NCBI GenBank assembly: GCA_041942055.1
Contig: CP145874.1
Span: 180,001 to 212,000, forward strand
Origin: Candidatus Saccharimonadota bacterium
Lineage (GTDB): Bacteria > Pseudomonadota > Gammaproteobacteria > Enterobacterales > Enterobacteriaceae
Reading direction: 5' to 3'
Length of the DNA stretch: 32,000 nucleotides
The notes under the pieces were generated by a model that saw nothing but the letters and a program-made list of their open reading frames with translations, did not search any database and was not told the origin of the DNA. Positions 1 to 8,963 of this stretch are shown piece after piece. Both the position numbers and the translations under genes were made by a program. The stretch's first letter is position 1. Every line of letters begins with the position of its first letter.

Positions 1-617
1 ATATTCTGCAAACCACTTCTTCCTAATCTCCAATCTTTAGTACAAATACCATCGACTATTTTTTGTGTCGCGGTTAGAGCATGTATAGTTGTCATCATCC
101 CTTCTATAATCACAAAATTATCATGAAGAATTTTAACTATAGGAGCTAAACAATTAGTAGTACAAGATGCATTAGAAACAATCTTTTGGCCTTTATAAGA
201 ATGATGATTTACTCCCATGACAAACATATCAGTATTATCTTTAGATGGTGCAGTCAGTACTACTTTTTTAGCTCCAGCAATAAGATGTTTTGAAGCAGAT
301 TCCTTGGTCAAAAACATACCAGTAGCTTCAGCCACAATGTCAACTTCCATATGATTCCATCTTAAATTTAAAGGATTTGGTTCTGCAGTTACTTGTATAA
401 TTTGTTTATTTACTATTAAATTCCCATGTTTTATGTCTATATCTATAGCACCTTTAAATATTCCATGAGTGGAATCATATTTTAGTAGGTAAGCTAAGTG
501 ATCTATTTTTAATAAATCATTTATAGCAACAATCTTAATATTTTTACGTTTTTGTGCTGCTCTAAAAATCATTCTCCCAATTCTACCCAAACCATTAATT
601 CCGATTTTAATACTCAT
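1..617 (-). CDS. gapA: Glyceraldehyde-3-phosphate dehydrogenase A, N-terminal ~205 codons only (3' end lies beyond the left edge of the window)
   Basis: Not in the ORF track because it runs off the window. Reverse-complement translation from ATG (617..615) reads [21 protein letters not shown]...THGIFKG...[16 protein letters not shown]. This gives the GxGRIGR NAD-binding motif and the SCTTNC catalytic-Cys motif of GAPDH. A GGAG Shine-Dalgarno lies at 625..628 on the minus strand. Confidence 0.9.
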   Translation of the reverse strand, partial: MSIKIGINGLGRIGRMIFRAAQKRKNIKIVAINDLLKIDHLAYLLKYDSTHGIFKGAIDIDIKHGNLIVNKQIIQVTAEPNPLNLRWNHMEVDIVAEATGMFLTKESASKHLIAGAKKVVLTAPSKDNTDMFVMGVNHHSYKGQKIVSNASCTTNCLAPIVKILHDNFVIIEGMMTTIHALTATQKIVDGICTKDWRLGRSGLQN

Positions 618-644
618 CTATTTTCTCCAATATTCATAAGAATA

Positions 645-2570
645 TTAATCCATTGTATAGGTGCATCTAATGCATTGTGCATAAATTTTAATAGAATTTA
701 GAGATTCTGTGAATATCTTTAGATATTCATCTAATAATACTAGAAGGTTATTAGAGTACATTTTTTGGTGGATTAGCGGTAATTTTTTTAAATTGTTGAT
801 TAACCTTTTCATCCAAGATATTTTTTTATGATGATGAATCCATTCTATTTGCCATTGTTTTAATTTGGCTAATTGGGCGACTTTTAAAACCGCGTCATCA
901 AAATCTCCTAGAGCATCAACTAATCCTATTCTTTTTGCGTCACTACCAGACCACACTTTACCTTGAGCCAGTTTTTCAACAGATTCTAGGGAAAGATGTC
1001 TTGAAGCTGCTACGTCATTAACAAAATCGTTGTAATAGTATTCTAGTATTGTCTGAATAAAATCTTTCTGTTCAGGTGTCAAAGATTTTACAGGAGAAAA
1101 ATCAAAATGAGTTGAAGTTGATAAGGATGAATTTGAGATTGTATCAGTATGTATACCTATTTTGTCTAAGAAATTTACCAAATTTGGCCATACACTAAAT
1201 ACGCCTATTGATCCAGTAATAGTATTAGGATTTGCAATTATGTAATTAGCTGGAGTACAAATTAAATAACCACCCGATGCCGCATAGTTTCCCATAAGAA
1301 CTACTATGGGTTTACCTGCTTTACGTATGTCTATAAGTGCATCTCGTATTAGGTTTGATGAATCTAAATCACCCCCGGGACTATCAACATATAATATAAA
1401 ACCTTTAAAATCTTGAGAATGGTTGGCTTTATAGATATCATCAAGAATATCAAAAGCATTGGTCTTTATACGATCATTATACTTCGTAAGTTCTCCATTC
1501 GTAAGTTCTCCATAAATTTTAAAAACACCAATCTTATTATGGCTCATTAAGTTTTTCATTTTAGATTGATGTTGTTTTTGTTCTAACATGTAATCATTAA
1601 TACTAATGCAATAATCATCCGATCTTTTACTTTTATTACCTCCAAATTTTTTAATCATTTCATTATTGAATTCATATGGAGTTTTTAATTCATCAACTAA
1701 TTTAGTTTGATAAGCATACTCTGCTGAATTAAGTTTAACTTGTTTTAGTTTTCTAAATATTTCATTAGGAGTTGGAAAAATTTGTTGTATTGTCATATGC
1801 CGATTATCTGCTATGGTTTGTAGAATATGATTCCATAAATGGTTTAATACCTGTTGCATTTCAGTACGAACATGCGGTGACATATCATTACGCATAAATA
1901 ATTCAACGGCAGATTTGTAATTACCTACTCTAAATACATAAGGATTTAATTGAAGTTTATCCAATAAATCTTTTAAATAAATACTGTCCATGGTAAAACC
2001 ATGTAAATCGACATATCCCTCAGGAGAGAGATAAATTTTATTTGCATAACTTGCAAGATAATATTGTTTCTGTGTATAATGAGAACTTATAGAGTAAACA
2101 CTCTTACCATAAGCACGAAATTCTTTTAAAGCTTTACCTATGTATTCTAATGAGCCTGTATCTAGATTTATCGGATACAAATCAGATAAATTTAAAACTA
2201 TACTAGATATAGTAGGATCAGATTTTGCTTGACGAATTGCTTCAACTAGATCAAATAACGAAATATTATTGGCTTTATGCGTCTTATCATTTATGATGGT
2301 TTTTATTATTTTATGAAAATATTTAGATATTGTACTTTGGGTAGTAGTTAGATCGGGTACATCTTTTATTATTTCATTCATATTTAATAATAAAACTCGT
2401 GAATGACTATTCTTATCCGAATACATTTTAATCTTAGTAGGATGATGATAGTGCTTAAATAGTATAAAAATGGTCAACAGAATAAACAAAAAAATTACCA
2501 TCAAGAGATTGGAAATACCTTCACGAACCAGATGAAAAGCGTTCATAAAATTATGCCATACTTTTTTCAT
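645..2570 (-). CDS. sppA: Signal peptide peptidase A (protease IV)
   Basis: The 641-aa ORF is colinear with E. coli SppA (618 aa). It has an N-terminal TM segment, [26 protein letters not shown], the SPGG motif and the AASGGY catalytic-Ser motif, LTGSIGVF, and [23 protein letters not shown]. Confidence 0.9.
   Translation of the reverse strand: MKKVWHNFMNAFHLVREGISNLLMVIFLFILLTIFILFKHYHHPTKIKMYSDKNSHSRVLLLNMNEIIKDVPDLTTTQSTISKYFHKIIKTIINDKTHKANNISLFDLVEAIRQAKSDPTISSIVLNLSDLYPINLDTGSLEYIGKALKEFRAYGKSVYSISSHYTQKQYYLASYANKIYLSPEGYVDLHGFTMDSIYLKDLLDKLQLNPYVFRVGNYKSAVELFMRNDMSPHVRTEMQQVLNHLWNHILQTIADNRHMTIQQIFPTPNEIFRKLKQVKLNSAEYAYQTKLVDELKTPYEFNNEMIKKFGGNKSKRSDDYCISINDYMLEQKQHQSKMKNLMSHNKIGVFKIYGELTNGELTKYNDRIKTNAFDILDDIYKANHSQDFKGFILYVDSPGGDLDSSNLIRDALIDIRKAGKPIVVLMGNYAASGGYLICTPANYIIANPNTITGSIGVFSVWPNLVNFLDKIGIHTDTISNSSLSTSTHFDFSPVKSLTPEQKDFIQTILEYYYNDFVNDVAASRHLSLESVEKLAQGKVWSGSDAKRIGLVDALGDFDDAVLKVAQLAKLKQWQIEWIHHHKKISWMKRLINNLKKLPLIHQKMYSNNLLVLLDEYLKIFTESLNSIKIYAQCIRCTYTMD
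1485..1514 (-). repeat. 15-bp in-frame tandem duplication inside sppA (copies 1485..1499 and 1500..1514, 14/15 identical)
   Basis: The plus strand reads cgtaagttctccatt followed by cgtaagttctccata. This encodes [10 protein letters not shown] in the protein segment [12 protein letters not shown]. Confidence 0.85.
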
Positions 2571-2687
2571 ACTATCTCCTATGATTAATTAATAGTTTAT
2601 TTATATGGTATTTTAAGATAAATAAGATATCAAAAATTCTATTTTAATGATAGATTTTTTATCTATCTGAACTAGTAAATAATAAAA

Positions 2688-3398
2688 GTGATTATGGTTA
2701 TTAAGATTGTGAAAAATTCTTTTTTCTATGAAATTATAGATAATGAAAAAACCTTATTAACACTTTCTCAATCTATTGCAGGTTACAATTTAGGTGATTT
2801 AGCAGCACATACGGGATTAAATCTTCCAAGAGATTTAAAATCTAATAAAGGTTGGATAGGAAACTTAATAGAAAAATGTCTTGGAGCAAATGCGAAAAGT
2901 AAACCCCAACCTGATTTTTTAAAATTAGGAGTTGAATTAAAAACTATACCGGTAAATAGTCATGGTCGTCCACTTCAAGCAACATTTATTTGCTCAGTAT
3001 CATTATCTCTAAAGAAAAATATAGGTATAACATGGAAAATATCTAACGTTAGGTATAAACTATCTAGAATTTTATGGGTACCTATAGAAGGTGAAAAAAC
3101 TATTCCTCTTGCTTTGAGAAGAGTAGGTACTCCCTTTTTATGGAGTCCTAGTGATTATGAAGAAAATACTATACGCTGTGATTGGGAAGAATTAATAGAA
3201 TTAGTTATATGTGGAGAAATAGAAAATGTAAGTACAAGAAATGGAGAAATATTGCAAATATGTCCTACAGCTACTAGAGATAATAAATTCCATGAAATCA
3301 TTGGAAAAAATCGCCAACCTATTCGAATTAGGCCTCTAGGTTTTTATTTAAGGAAAAATTTCACTGCTCTTATTTTAGCTCGTCAATTTTTACTCTAA
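2688..3398 (+). CDS. mutH: DNA mismatch repair endonuclease MutH (start GTG 2688, or ATG 2694)
   Basis: Colinear with E. coli MutH (229 aa): GYNLGDLAA, KGWIGNLIE, KPQPDFLKLGVELKTIPV (retains the D-x6-E-x-K catalytic motif, D70/E77/K79 in E. coli), RILWVPIEGE, LWSPS, CDWEEL, RPLGFYLRKNFT. Confidence 0.9.
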   Translation: MIMVIKIVKNSFFYEIIDNEKTLLTLSQSIAGYNLGDLAAHTGLNLPRDLKSNKGWIGNLIEKCLGANAKSKPQPDFLKLGVELKTIPVNSHGRPLQATFICSVSLSLKKNIGITWKISNVRYKLSRILWVPIEGEKTIPLALRRVGTPFLWSPSDYEENTIRCDWEELIELVICGEIENVSTRNGEILQICPTATRDNKFHEIIGKNRQPIRIRPLGFYLRKNFTALILARQFLL

Positions 3399-3414
3399 AT
3401 ATAGAATCGTAAAA

Positions 3415-4137
3415 ATGTTTATTATTTCAACCCATGTTTGGCTATCTTTAATTACTTTAATTATTCTAGAAATTATATTAGGTATTGACAATATTATTTT
3501 TATTTCATTAGTAGTTGCTAAATTACCAAAAGATCAACAAAAAAAAGTTAGTCATTTAGGATTAATAGCAGCAATGTTAATACGTCTAATATTATTATAT
3601 TTTATGACTCGACTGATAAAAATTAATCAAGTACTCTTTGCTGTATTCAATTATGTTTTTACTATGCATAACATAATTTTATTAGTAGGTGGATTATTTT
3701 TAATAATAAAATCCATTGTAGAAATTATTAATTTACTTAGAGAAAATAGTAATGGAAATGAAAAAATAACCGTTTCTTATTGCTTCTCAGCAACAGTTAT
3801 TCAAATAATATTTTTAGATATTCTTTTTAGTTTTGATTCCGTAATTACAGCTGTTGGTTTGTCAAATAATATTTTGATAATGTTTACTGCTATAATCATA
3901 GCAGTGATTATTATGATGTATAGTGCATTAAAAATTTCTAAATTTATTAATCATTACCTATCATTGAAAATATTAGCATTAGCATTCTTATTTTTAGTCG
4001 GATTAACTTTGCTTCTTGAAGGATTCACAATACATATTCCAATTGGATATGTTTATTTTTCATTATTTTTTTGTATATTTGTAGAAATATTAAATATATT
4101 AACTAATAATAGAAAATCAAAGATTAACACACGTTAA
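3415..4137 (+). CDS. ygdQ: TerC-family integral membrane protein, YgdQ-like
   Basis: The 240-aa polytopic protein has LEIILGIDNIIFISLVVAKLP, LLVGGLFLI.KS, IIFLDILFSFDSVITAVGLS and HIPIGYVYFSLFF, colinear with E. coli YgdQ. It follows mutH as in E. coli. Confidence 0.8.
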   Translation: MFIISTHVWLSLITLIILEIILGIDNIIFISLVVAKLPKDQQKKVSHLGLIAAMLIRLILLYFMTRLIKINQVLFAVFNYVFTMHNIILLVGGLFLIIKSIVEIINLLRENSNGNEKITVSYCFSATVIQIIFLDILFSFDSVITAVGLSNNILIMFTAIIIAVIIMMYSALKISKFINHYLSLKILALAFLFLVGLTLLLEGFTIHIPIGYVYFSLFFCIFVEILNILTNNRKSKINTR

Positions 4138-4141
4138 GAAT

Positions 4142-5110
4142 TTAATATTCTATAACTACAGAAACAGTATCGGAATAACTTCCAGATGGAAGATCTATTT
4201 GTGTAGGATTTATTATAGCATTATAATATATAATATTTGGAACTCCAGTTCCAATAAATCTTTTTTTACTGTTTTTATTCCAAATAAGATTACTATCTGG
4301 ATGATAGATATTATATTGAATATAATGATTATTATCATCACTTAATCGACGCCATTGGTCTTTAATATGGTTACCCTCAGTAAACCAAATATTATAATTT
4401 TCTTGTTTTGTACAACTTACAGTCATATTAAGTTTTAAAGGTTTAAATTGATTGACTAAGGCATGACTCCCAAAATCAATCTCAGGAAGATTATTAATCA
4501 CACAATCTTTATTTATTATAGCGTGAAGTGTTATGAAGGTTGAACCTTTACCATTCCAAGATGATAGACATACCAAACTCCCCAATCTACAAATAGAATA
4601 TTCCCAATTAATTTGAACTATATCTTGATATACTCCTGCTCGTACATTAGCATTTGGAAGAGTTTTGATATAAAGAGGAACTCTAGAATTAGTAGAGGAA
4701 AATATCATAGATATTAGGTTAAGACTTTTATAATCAATGGAATTTCCAATTTTATTTGCATATTGATAATTTTTATCAGGATAAATCATATAAGGAATAA
4801 AATCTCCAGATCCATTTATATTTTTTAGTTGCATGTTATAAGATGTTCCAATAATCTTACCTTTAATCTTATTATGTGTTAGTAATGTCATACTTAGTCC
4901 CGAACATGCCAGTCCGGAATTACCCTCTGCTTTTATGCTACCGTTTAAAACCGCAAAAGAGCTAGAGTTTCCTAACTCTACTTTTCCATCTGATAACCAA
5001 CAATTAGCTAAGACCCAATTAAAAAATAATAATTTTATTACCAATGCTAATGTAAAAAAATAACCGTGTTTTTTGATGATATGAGTACAAAAAAAATTAT
5101 TTACTGACAA
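4142..5110 (-). CDS. Pilus tip subunit/adhesin, CsuE-like: a two-domain protein with a C-terminal spore-coat-U (SCPU) pilin domain
   Basis: 322 aa. The N-terminus has a hydrophobic signal-like segment (FFTLALVIKLLFFNWVLA). The C-terminal ~130 aa show the SCPU pattern (C...FG...C...Y.IY...W...G.G) and end in SGSYSDTVSVVIEY. It is the last gene of the operon and overlaps the usher stop by 10 nt. The only usable start is TTG at 5110..5108. Confidence 0.7.
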   Translation of the reverse strand: MSVNNFFCTHIIKKHGYFFTLALVIKLLFFNWVLANCWLSDGKVELGNSSSFAVLNGSIKAEGNSGLACSGLSMTLLTHNKIKGKIIGTSYNMQLKNINGSGDFIPYMIYPDKNYQYANKIGNSIDYKSLNLISMIFSSTNSRVPLYIKTLPNANVRAGVYQDIVQINWEYSICRLGSLVCLSSWNGKGSTFITLHAIINKDCVINNLPEIDFGSHALVNQFKPLKLNMTVSCTKQENYNIWFTEGNHIKDQWRRLSDDNNHYIQYNIYHPDSNLIWNKNSKKRFIGTGVPNIIYYNAIINPTQIDLPSGSYSDTVSVVIEY

Positions 5111-7473
5111 ACTTGTTTTCCTAAATTAAATATCCCATTAGATCTTTTGGTTTTTAACTTTACATTACAAGTTTTTCCATTATCTAATCGAGTAACTATG
5201 AGTTCAGAAGATTTTTTGATTCCTTCACCTTCAAGCCAAACTTGTCCATCCCAACCTAACCAAGTGATTTTTGATGTTCCTTTTACTTGAACTAAACTAC
5301 CGGAGGGAAAAAAATTACCTTTTTTATCAACTACCTGGAATAGAAGTGCATGTAATTTATGAAGATTAAACTCTATTAAACAACCACTATGTTCTTTAAT
5401 TGGTAATTTTTTGGTGGTTTCGGCTGGAATTACATCAATGGGTAATTTAATAGGATCTATATCGAATCTTGATCGATACAATCCAGTAACTGTTGGAACT
5501 AGTAAATGTCCAAACTTATTAGTTTTACCTACAAACTGATTTTCATAATATACTGGAATATTACTATATCCTTTAGTAGATATTAATGCAAAAGCATCAT
5601 GAATAGGTTGAGTTAGATATATATGTCCTGCCATATTAACTACTGACCCCTCTAATTCAATCCACGTATTTGGATTAGTGTATAAATCCCCAAAAATTCC
5701 CAATCGATTTTCAAAATATGGATTTTTCCAAATAAAATTAGCTTCATGATATCTATTGTATTTTCCATTTTGAGAAATAATTATATTCCATGCTATTTCT
5801 CCATGATCATTACTTGTAATTTTATTACTCCATATTTGACGTAAATTAAGGTGATCATTTTTATCAATATTTGATGAAAACGATGTATTACCATTATTAC
5901 CCCAAGACTTTAGAGGTAGAGTTAACATGAATTGAGCATTCAAACTATGATGGTTTTTATTTTGACGTAGAAAAGTCCATAAAGTTATACTTTTCGGTAA
6001 TGTAACACTATAAGATAAATTAATTAATCGATTGGTATTACCATTATTATTCCATGTCTTTATTAATCCTAAGCTAAAATTTCCATAATTTCCAAAGTTT
6101 ATACTTCCAGTAAGATTATTTTCATGACTATTGGCTGTTAAAGATTTATAATTACTACTATGTAAAGCATTTAAACTAAAGTATGTATTATTATAATTAT
6201 AACCAATAGTTATTTTTTGATTCATGTTTTTTTGAATTAAAAACGATGATGATTTATGAAAATAACTGTTAATATTATAATTACTTCCCATCCACGATAT
6301 TTTAACAACTCCTAACCTCATGGGTTTGATATCGGCACCAAGGCCATAATTTAGAAAATGTCGACTACCTTGCATTTGACCTTCTAAAGTCAACCATGAT
6401 TTTATTCCATGACGAATTATGCCACTAGTTATTAGATGACTATAATCCATTGAATTTATACCGTAATTTTTACGTAATAGTCCTAATGATAGACTAAAAT
6501 TAGTTAATCCAGGCTTTAAAAGTTCACTAGTAACATAAAAGGGTATGATACTAACTTTTTTATTTTTTTGAGAAATGATAACTATTTTAGCTTTACTAGC
6601 ACCTTGTAAATTAGGAATAGTATCTATTATAGTAAAAGGTCCAGGATTAATTTTAGTAGACATCATTTTCGAATGATTAATATAAAGATCAATTTTGCTT
6701 GGTTCAAATGTCTGACCATAAAAATTAGGTAATGGATATGTAATGACATCTGGAGATAATGAAAAATTACGAAAGAATTTAATTCCACCTATTTTTAGCG
6801 GAATCGATCCAAATAACATATCGGTAGTAGTATCTCCTATTATATAACTGACTAGATGTTTTTCATCATTTATATCAAAATGAGTATCATATCGTATATA
6901 AGACGGTTTAGATAGTTTATTACTCCAGCTACTGGTATTGGACAAAACACCCCATTTACTAAATATCCGTAATTCTGACCAAAAATTTACAGATCCAATT
7001 TGATTATATGAAGAGAGTTGTTTATGATAATAGAAATTATAATTTAATAACCATCCAAAATTACTCTGACTTGGTATATTTTTTTCGGGTAGATTGTTTT
7101 GATTATTAAAGAATATTTTTTGATTTGGAAACCAAAAATATGGTACATTAATAAGTAATCGTTGTGATTGAATATCATATTGAACATGTACATGTTTTAG
7201 TTGATCTATAGCAAAAACCTTGAAAATTTTAATCTGATTTGGAATAAGAAGTCCAGCATCCTTCAGTTCTTTCAATCTAATATAATAATGACCATTTTTA
7301 AAATTAACACCAATAATTTTTCCTGTATCCATTCCATTAATAACTAAGTCTAGATAAAGTTGATTAGTCGATCTTATTATTAACGAATCGCCTAATACCA
7401 GGTGTATTGATAGTAAAAATATAATTGATACAAGAATAAATTTAATCGTTTTAATAAACTTATATCCATTCAA
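5101..7473 (-). CDS. Outer-membrane fimbrial usher, CsuD-like
   Basis: 790 aa with a signal peptide (ILVSIIFLLSIHLVLG). It has the N-terminal LYLDLVINGMDTG...YIRLKELKDAGL segment typical of ushers and a long beta-rich, Asn/Ser/Tyr/Gly-rich barrel region. It sits between chaperone and tip genes. The start is TTG at 7473..7471; there is no in-frame ATG or GTG before codon 48. Confidence 0.85.
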   Translation of the reverse strand: MNGYKFIKTIKFILVSIIFLLSIHLVLGDSLIIRSTNQLYLDLVINGMDTGKIIGVNFKNGHYYIRLKELKDAGLLIPNQIKIFKVFAIDQLKHVHVQYDIQSQRLLINVPYFWFPNQKIFFNNQNNLPEKNIPSQSNFGWLLNYNFYYHKQLSSYNQIGSVNFWSELRIFSKWGVLSNTSSWSNKLSKPSYIRYDTHFDINDEKHLVSYIIGDTTTDMLFGSIPLKIGGIKFFRNFSLSPDVITYPLPNFYGQTFEPSKIDLYINHSKMMSTKINPGPFTIIDTIPNLQGASKAKIVIISQKNKKVSIIPFYVTSELLKPGLTNFSLSLGLLRKNYGINSMDYSHLITSGIIRHGIKSWLTLEGQMQGSRHFLNYGLGADIKPMRLGVVKISWMGSNYNINSYFHKSSSFLIQKNMNQKITIGYNYNNTYFSLNALHSSNYKSLTANSHENNLTGSINFGNYGNFSLGLIKTWNNNGNTNRLINLSYSVTLPKSITLWTFLRQNKNHHSLNAQFMLTLPLKSWGNNGNTSFSSNIDKNDHLNLRQIWSNKITSNDHGEIAWNIIISQNGKYNRYHEANFIWKNPYFENRLGIFGDLYTNPNTWIELEGSVVNMAGHIYLTQPIHDAFALISTKGYSNIPVYYENQFVGKTNKFGHLLVPTVTGLYRSRFDIDPIKLPIDVIPAETTKKLPIKEHSGCLIEFNLHKLHALLFQVVDKKGNFFPSGSLVQVKGTSKITWLGWDGQVWLEGEGIKKSSELIVTRLDNGKTCNVKLKTKRSNGIFNLGKQVCQ

Positions 7474-7476
7474 ATT

Positions 7477-8232
7477 TTAAAAATCTGGTATTAATTGTTG
7501 AAACTGTAGATTATCATTAACTCGAGCCACTAACAATCCTTTAGGAATAAGTATAGAAAGAGGCATAAATATTTCCGATTCAGGTAAAATATATCCAAAA
7601 AATCCATTATTAATTAGATATTCGTTTTTTCCATTTAAAAACATAATATCATTAACTTTAGCATGAACTAACCCTTTATTATGAATAATTAATAATTTTT
7701 TACCATTTTTTGTTATTATGCGATAATATAATCTAGGTTGAGTTGCTGTTTGAATATGTTCTTGAGAATTCGGTTTAATCCAAATATTCTTACCATTTAT
7801 AAATAATGGAATGGAATAACGCATTTTAAAGTTTAAACCAATTTGATTTTTAGTTATAGATTGAGGAATCTCATCAAGAAGTATGCGATAGCTCCACTCC
7901 TTGTCTTGAGGAGGACTTATAATTTTTATTAATCGAATTAGTTGCTTGTTTTTAGGTAAAATTTCTACCATTGGAGGACTAACAATTATTTCATGTTGTT
8001 CTAAAAGTTGATTATCATAGTTCTTTTGTTTCCAATTAAAAACTCTAATTTGCATTAAAATAGAATTATCACTATGGTTTTCTAACCATAATGAAGCAGC
8101 ATTTTGATCAGCTTCAATAACTGGATCAAGCGGCCAAATTAATATTGATGAATTAGCAGCTAGAAGTGAATAATTGCTTAAATATGATAAAATCACTACT
8201 AACAAATAATATAGTTTTTTTTTTGTCTGCAT
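7477..8232 (-). CDS. Periplasmic pilus chaperone (PapD fold), CsuC-like
   Basis: 251 aa with a signal peptide ending LLA/ANS. Motifs: ILIWPLDPVIEADQNAASLWLENHSD.SILMQIRVFNW, IVSPPMVEILPKNKQLIRL, and SYRILLDEIPQ, the pattern of archaic/sigma-class chaperones. Confidence 0.85.
   Translation of the reverse strand: MQTKKKLYYLLVVILSYLSNYSLLAANSSILIWPLDPVIEADQNAASLWLENHSDNSILMQIRVFNWKQKNYDNQLLEQHEIIVSPPMVEILPKNKQLIRLIKIISPPQDKEWSYRILLDEIPQSITKNQIGLNFKMRYSIPLFINGKNIWIKPNSQEHIQTATQPRLYYRIITKNGKKLLIIHNKGLVHAKVNDIMFLNGKNEYLINNGFFGYILPESEIFMPLSILIPKGLLVARVNDNLQFQQLIPDF
8215..8224 (-). repeat. A10 homopolymer (T10 on the plus strand) in codons 3-6 of the pilus chaperone gene
   Basis: The minus strand reads ATG CAG ACA AAA AAA AAA CTA, encoding MQTKKKL. 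Confidence 0.95.
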
Positions 8233-8248
8233 AATTTGATGTATTTTA

Positions 8249-8815
8249 TTAATAAATAATAGTCATTGTTACTATATCTTCATATTGACCAGGTTCGGGT
8301 AAAATACTAGAATTAAATAAACGTGCATAAATATAATATATGTTGTTTACCATTCCTAATGTGATAAGAGATTTACTCTTACCACCATTAATATCATTTC
8401 CCCAAATTATACTATGTGCAGCATCTTGAAATAATTGATAGCGCAACATTTTATTTCCATAATTTTTTTTAAGTAATCGTCCATGACTTATATTTCCAAC
8501 CATATTTCTTCCACTATCTAATGCTAAATTCACAGTAATACCTGGCGTACACTTTAATACTAAATTATAACTATAAGTAGTATCTATAGGTTGTTGAATA
8601 GAAGTAATATTACCAAAATTAATAGCATTTAGATGTGTTGAATTTTTATTCAATTCACAACCTTTAACTATCTTAGCATAGATATTAAAATTTCTAGTTT
8701 TAGAATAAGTTTGGTCATCTGCTTGCAGAGTCATTACAAATAGGAAGTATATTAAAACAATACCTATTTTTAATAGAAAAGATAAATATCTTATTATATA
8801 ATTTGTAAATTCCAT
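8249..8815 (-). CDS. SCPU-domain minor pilin (CsuA/CsuB-like)
   Basis: 188 aa with an N-terminal hydrophobic leader ending TLQA/DD. It has the SCPU pattern: KGCEL...INFGNI...LKCTPG...LRYQLFQD...IWG...G and the C-terminal GQYEDIVTMTIIY. Confidence 0.75.
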   Translation of the reverse strand: MEFTNYIIRYLSFLLKIGIVLIYFLFVMTLQADDQTYSKTRNFNIYAKIVKGCELNKNSTHLNAINFGNITSIQQPIDTTYSYNLVLKCTPGITVNLALDSGRNMVGNISHGRLLKKNYGNKMLRYQLFQDAAHSIIWGNDINGGKSKSLITLGMVNNIYYIYARLFNSSILPEPGQYEDIVTMTIIY

Positions 8816-8845
8816 ATCTCGTTATGTAGATTTTAACGTAAGATG

Positions 8846-8875
8846 GAATGGATTCCAAATTATTGGAATCCATTC
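8846..8875 (-). promoter_or_regulatory. Perfect 13-bp stem / 4-nt loop hairpin in the 148-bp spacer between the major and minor pilin genes
   Basis: GAATGGATTCCAA (8846..8858), loop ATTA (8859..8862), then TTGGAATCCATTC (8863..8875). The arms are exact reverse complements. No U/T run follows on either strand, so this is not a canonical intrinsic terminator. Confidence 0.5.
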
Positions 8876-8963
8876 AATACATTCTATCCATCTAGTAGTG
8901 ATCATGAGATAATAATCATTATCAGCATATGAATAATGATATTATTTATTAATTAATTATTAT

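Noticed and set aside
2649-2667. 7-bp inverted repeat GATAGAT-TTTTT-ATCTATC upstream of mutH in the sppA/mutH divergent region
   Set aside because: It is short and entirely AT-rich (weak stem). Repeats of this size are expected by chance at this base composition.
5885-6049. Repeated 15-nt string gtattaccattatta within the usher gene (near 5885 and 6035), encoding NNGNT twice
   Set aside because: It is a short, Asn/Gly-rich low-complexity match inside beta-barrel loops, consistent with compositional bias rather than a structured repeat or recombination site.
7471-7479. The chaperone and usher ORFs are in the same frame, separated only by TAA AAT; considered as programmed stop-codon readthrough producing a fusion protein
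   Set aside because: A periplasmic chaperone fused to an outer-membrane usher makes no mechanistic sense, and the usher needs its own signal peptide. The shared frame is a one-in-three coincidence.
8846-8875. The intercistronic hairpin considered as a Rho-independent terminator
   Set aside because: Neither strand has a T/U run after the stem; the minus strand continues CATCTTACGTT. I therefore report it only as a candidate attenuator, stabiliser or protein-binding palindrome.
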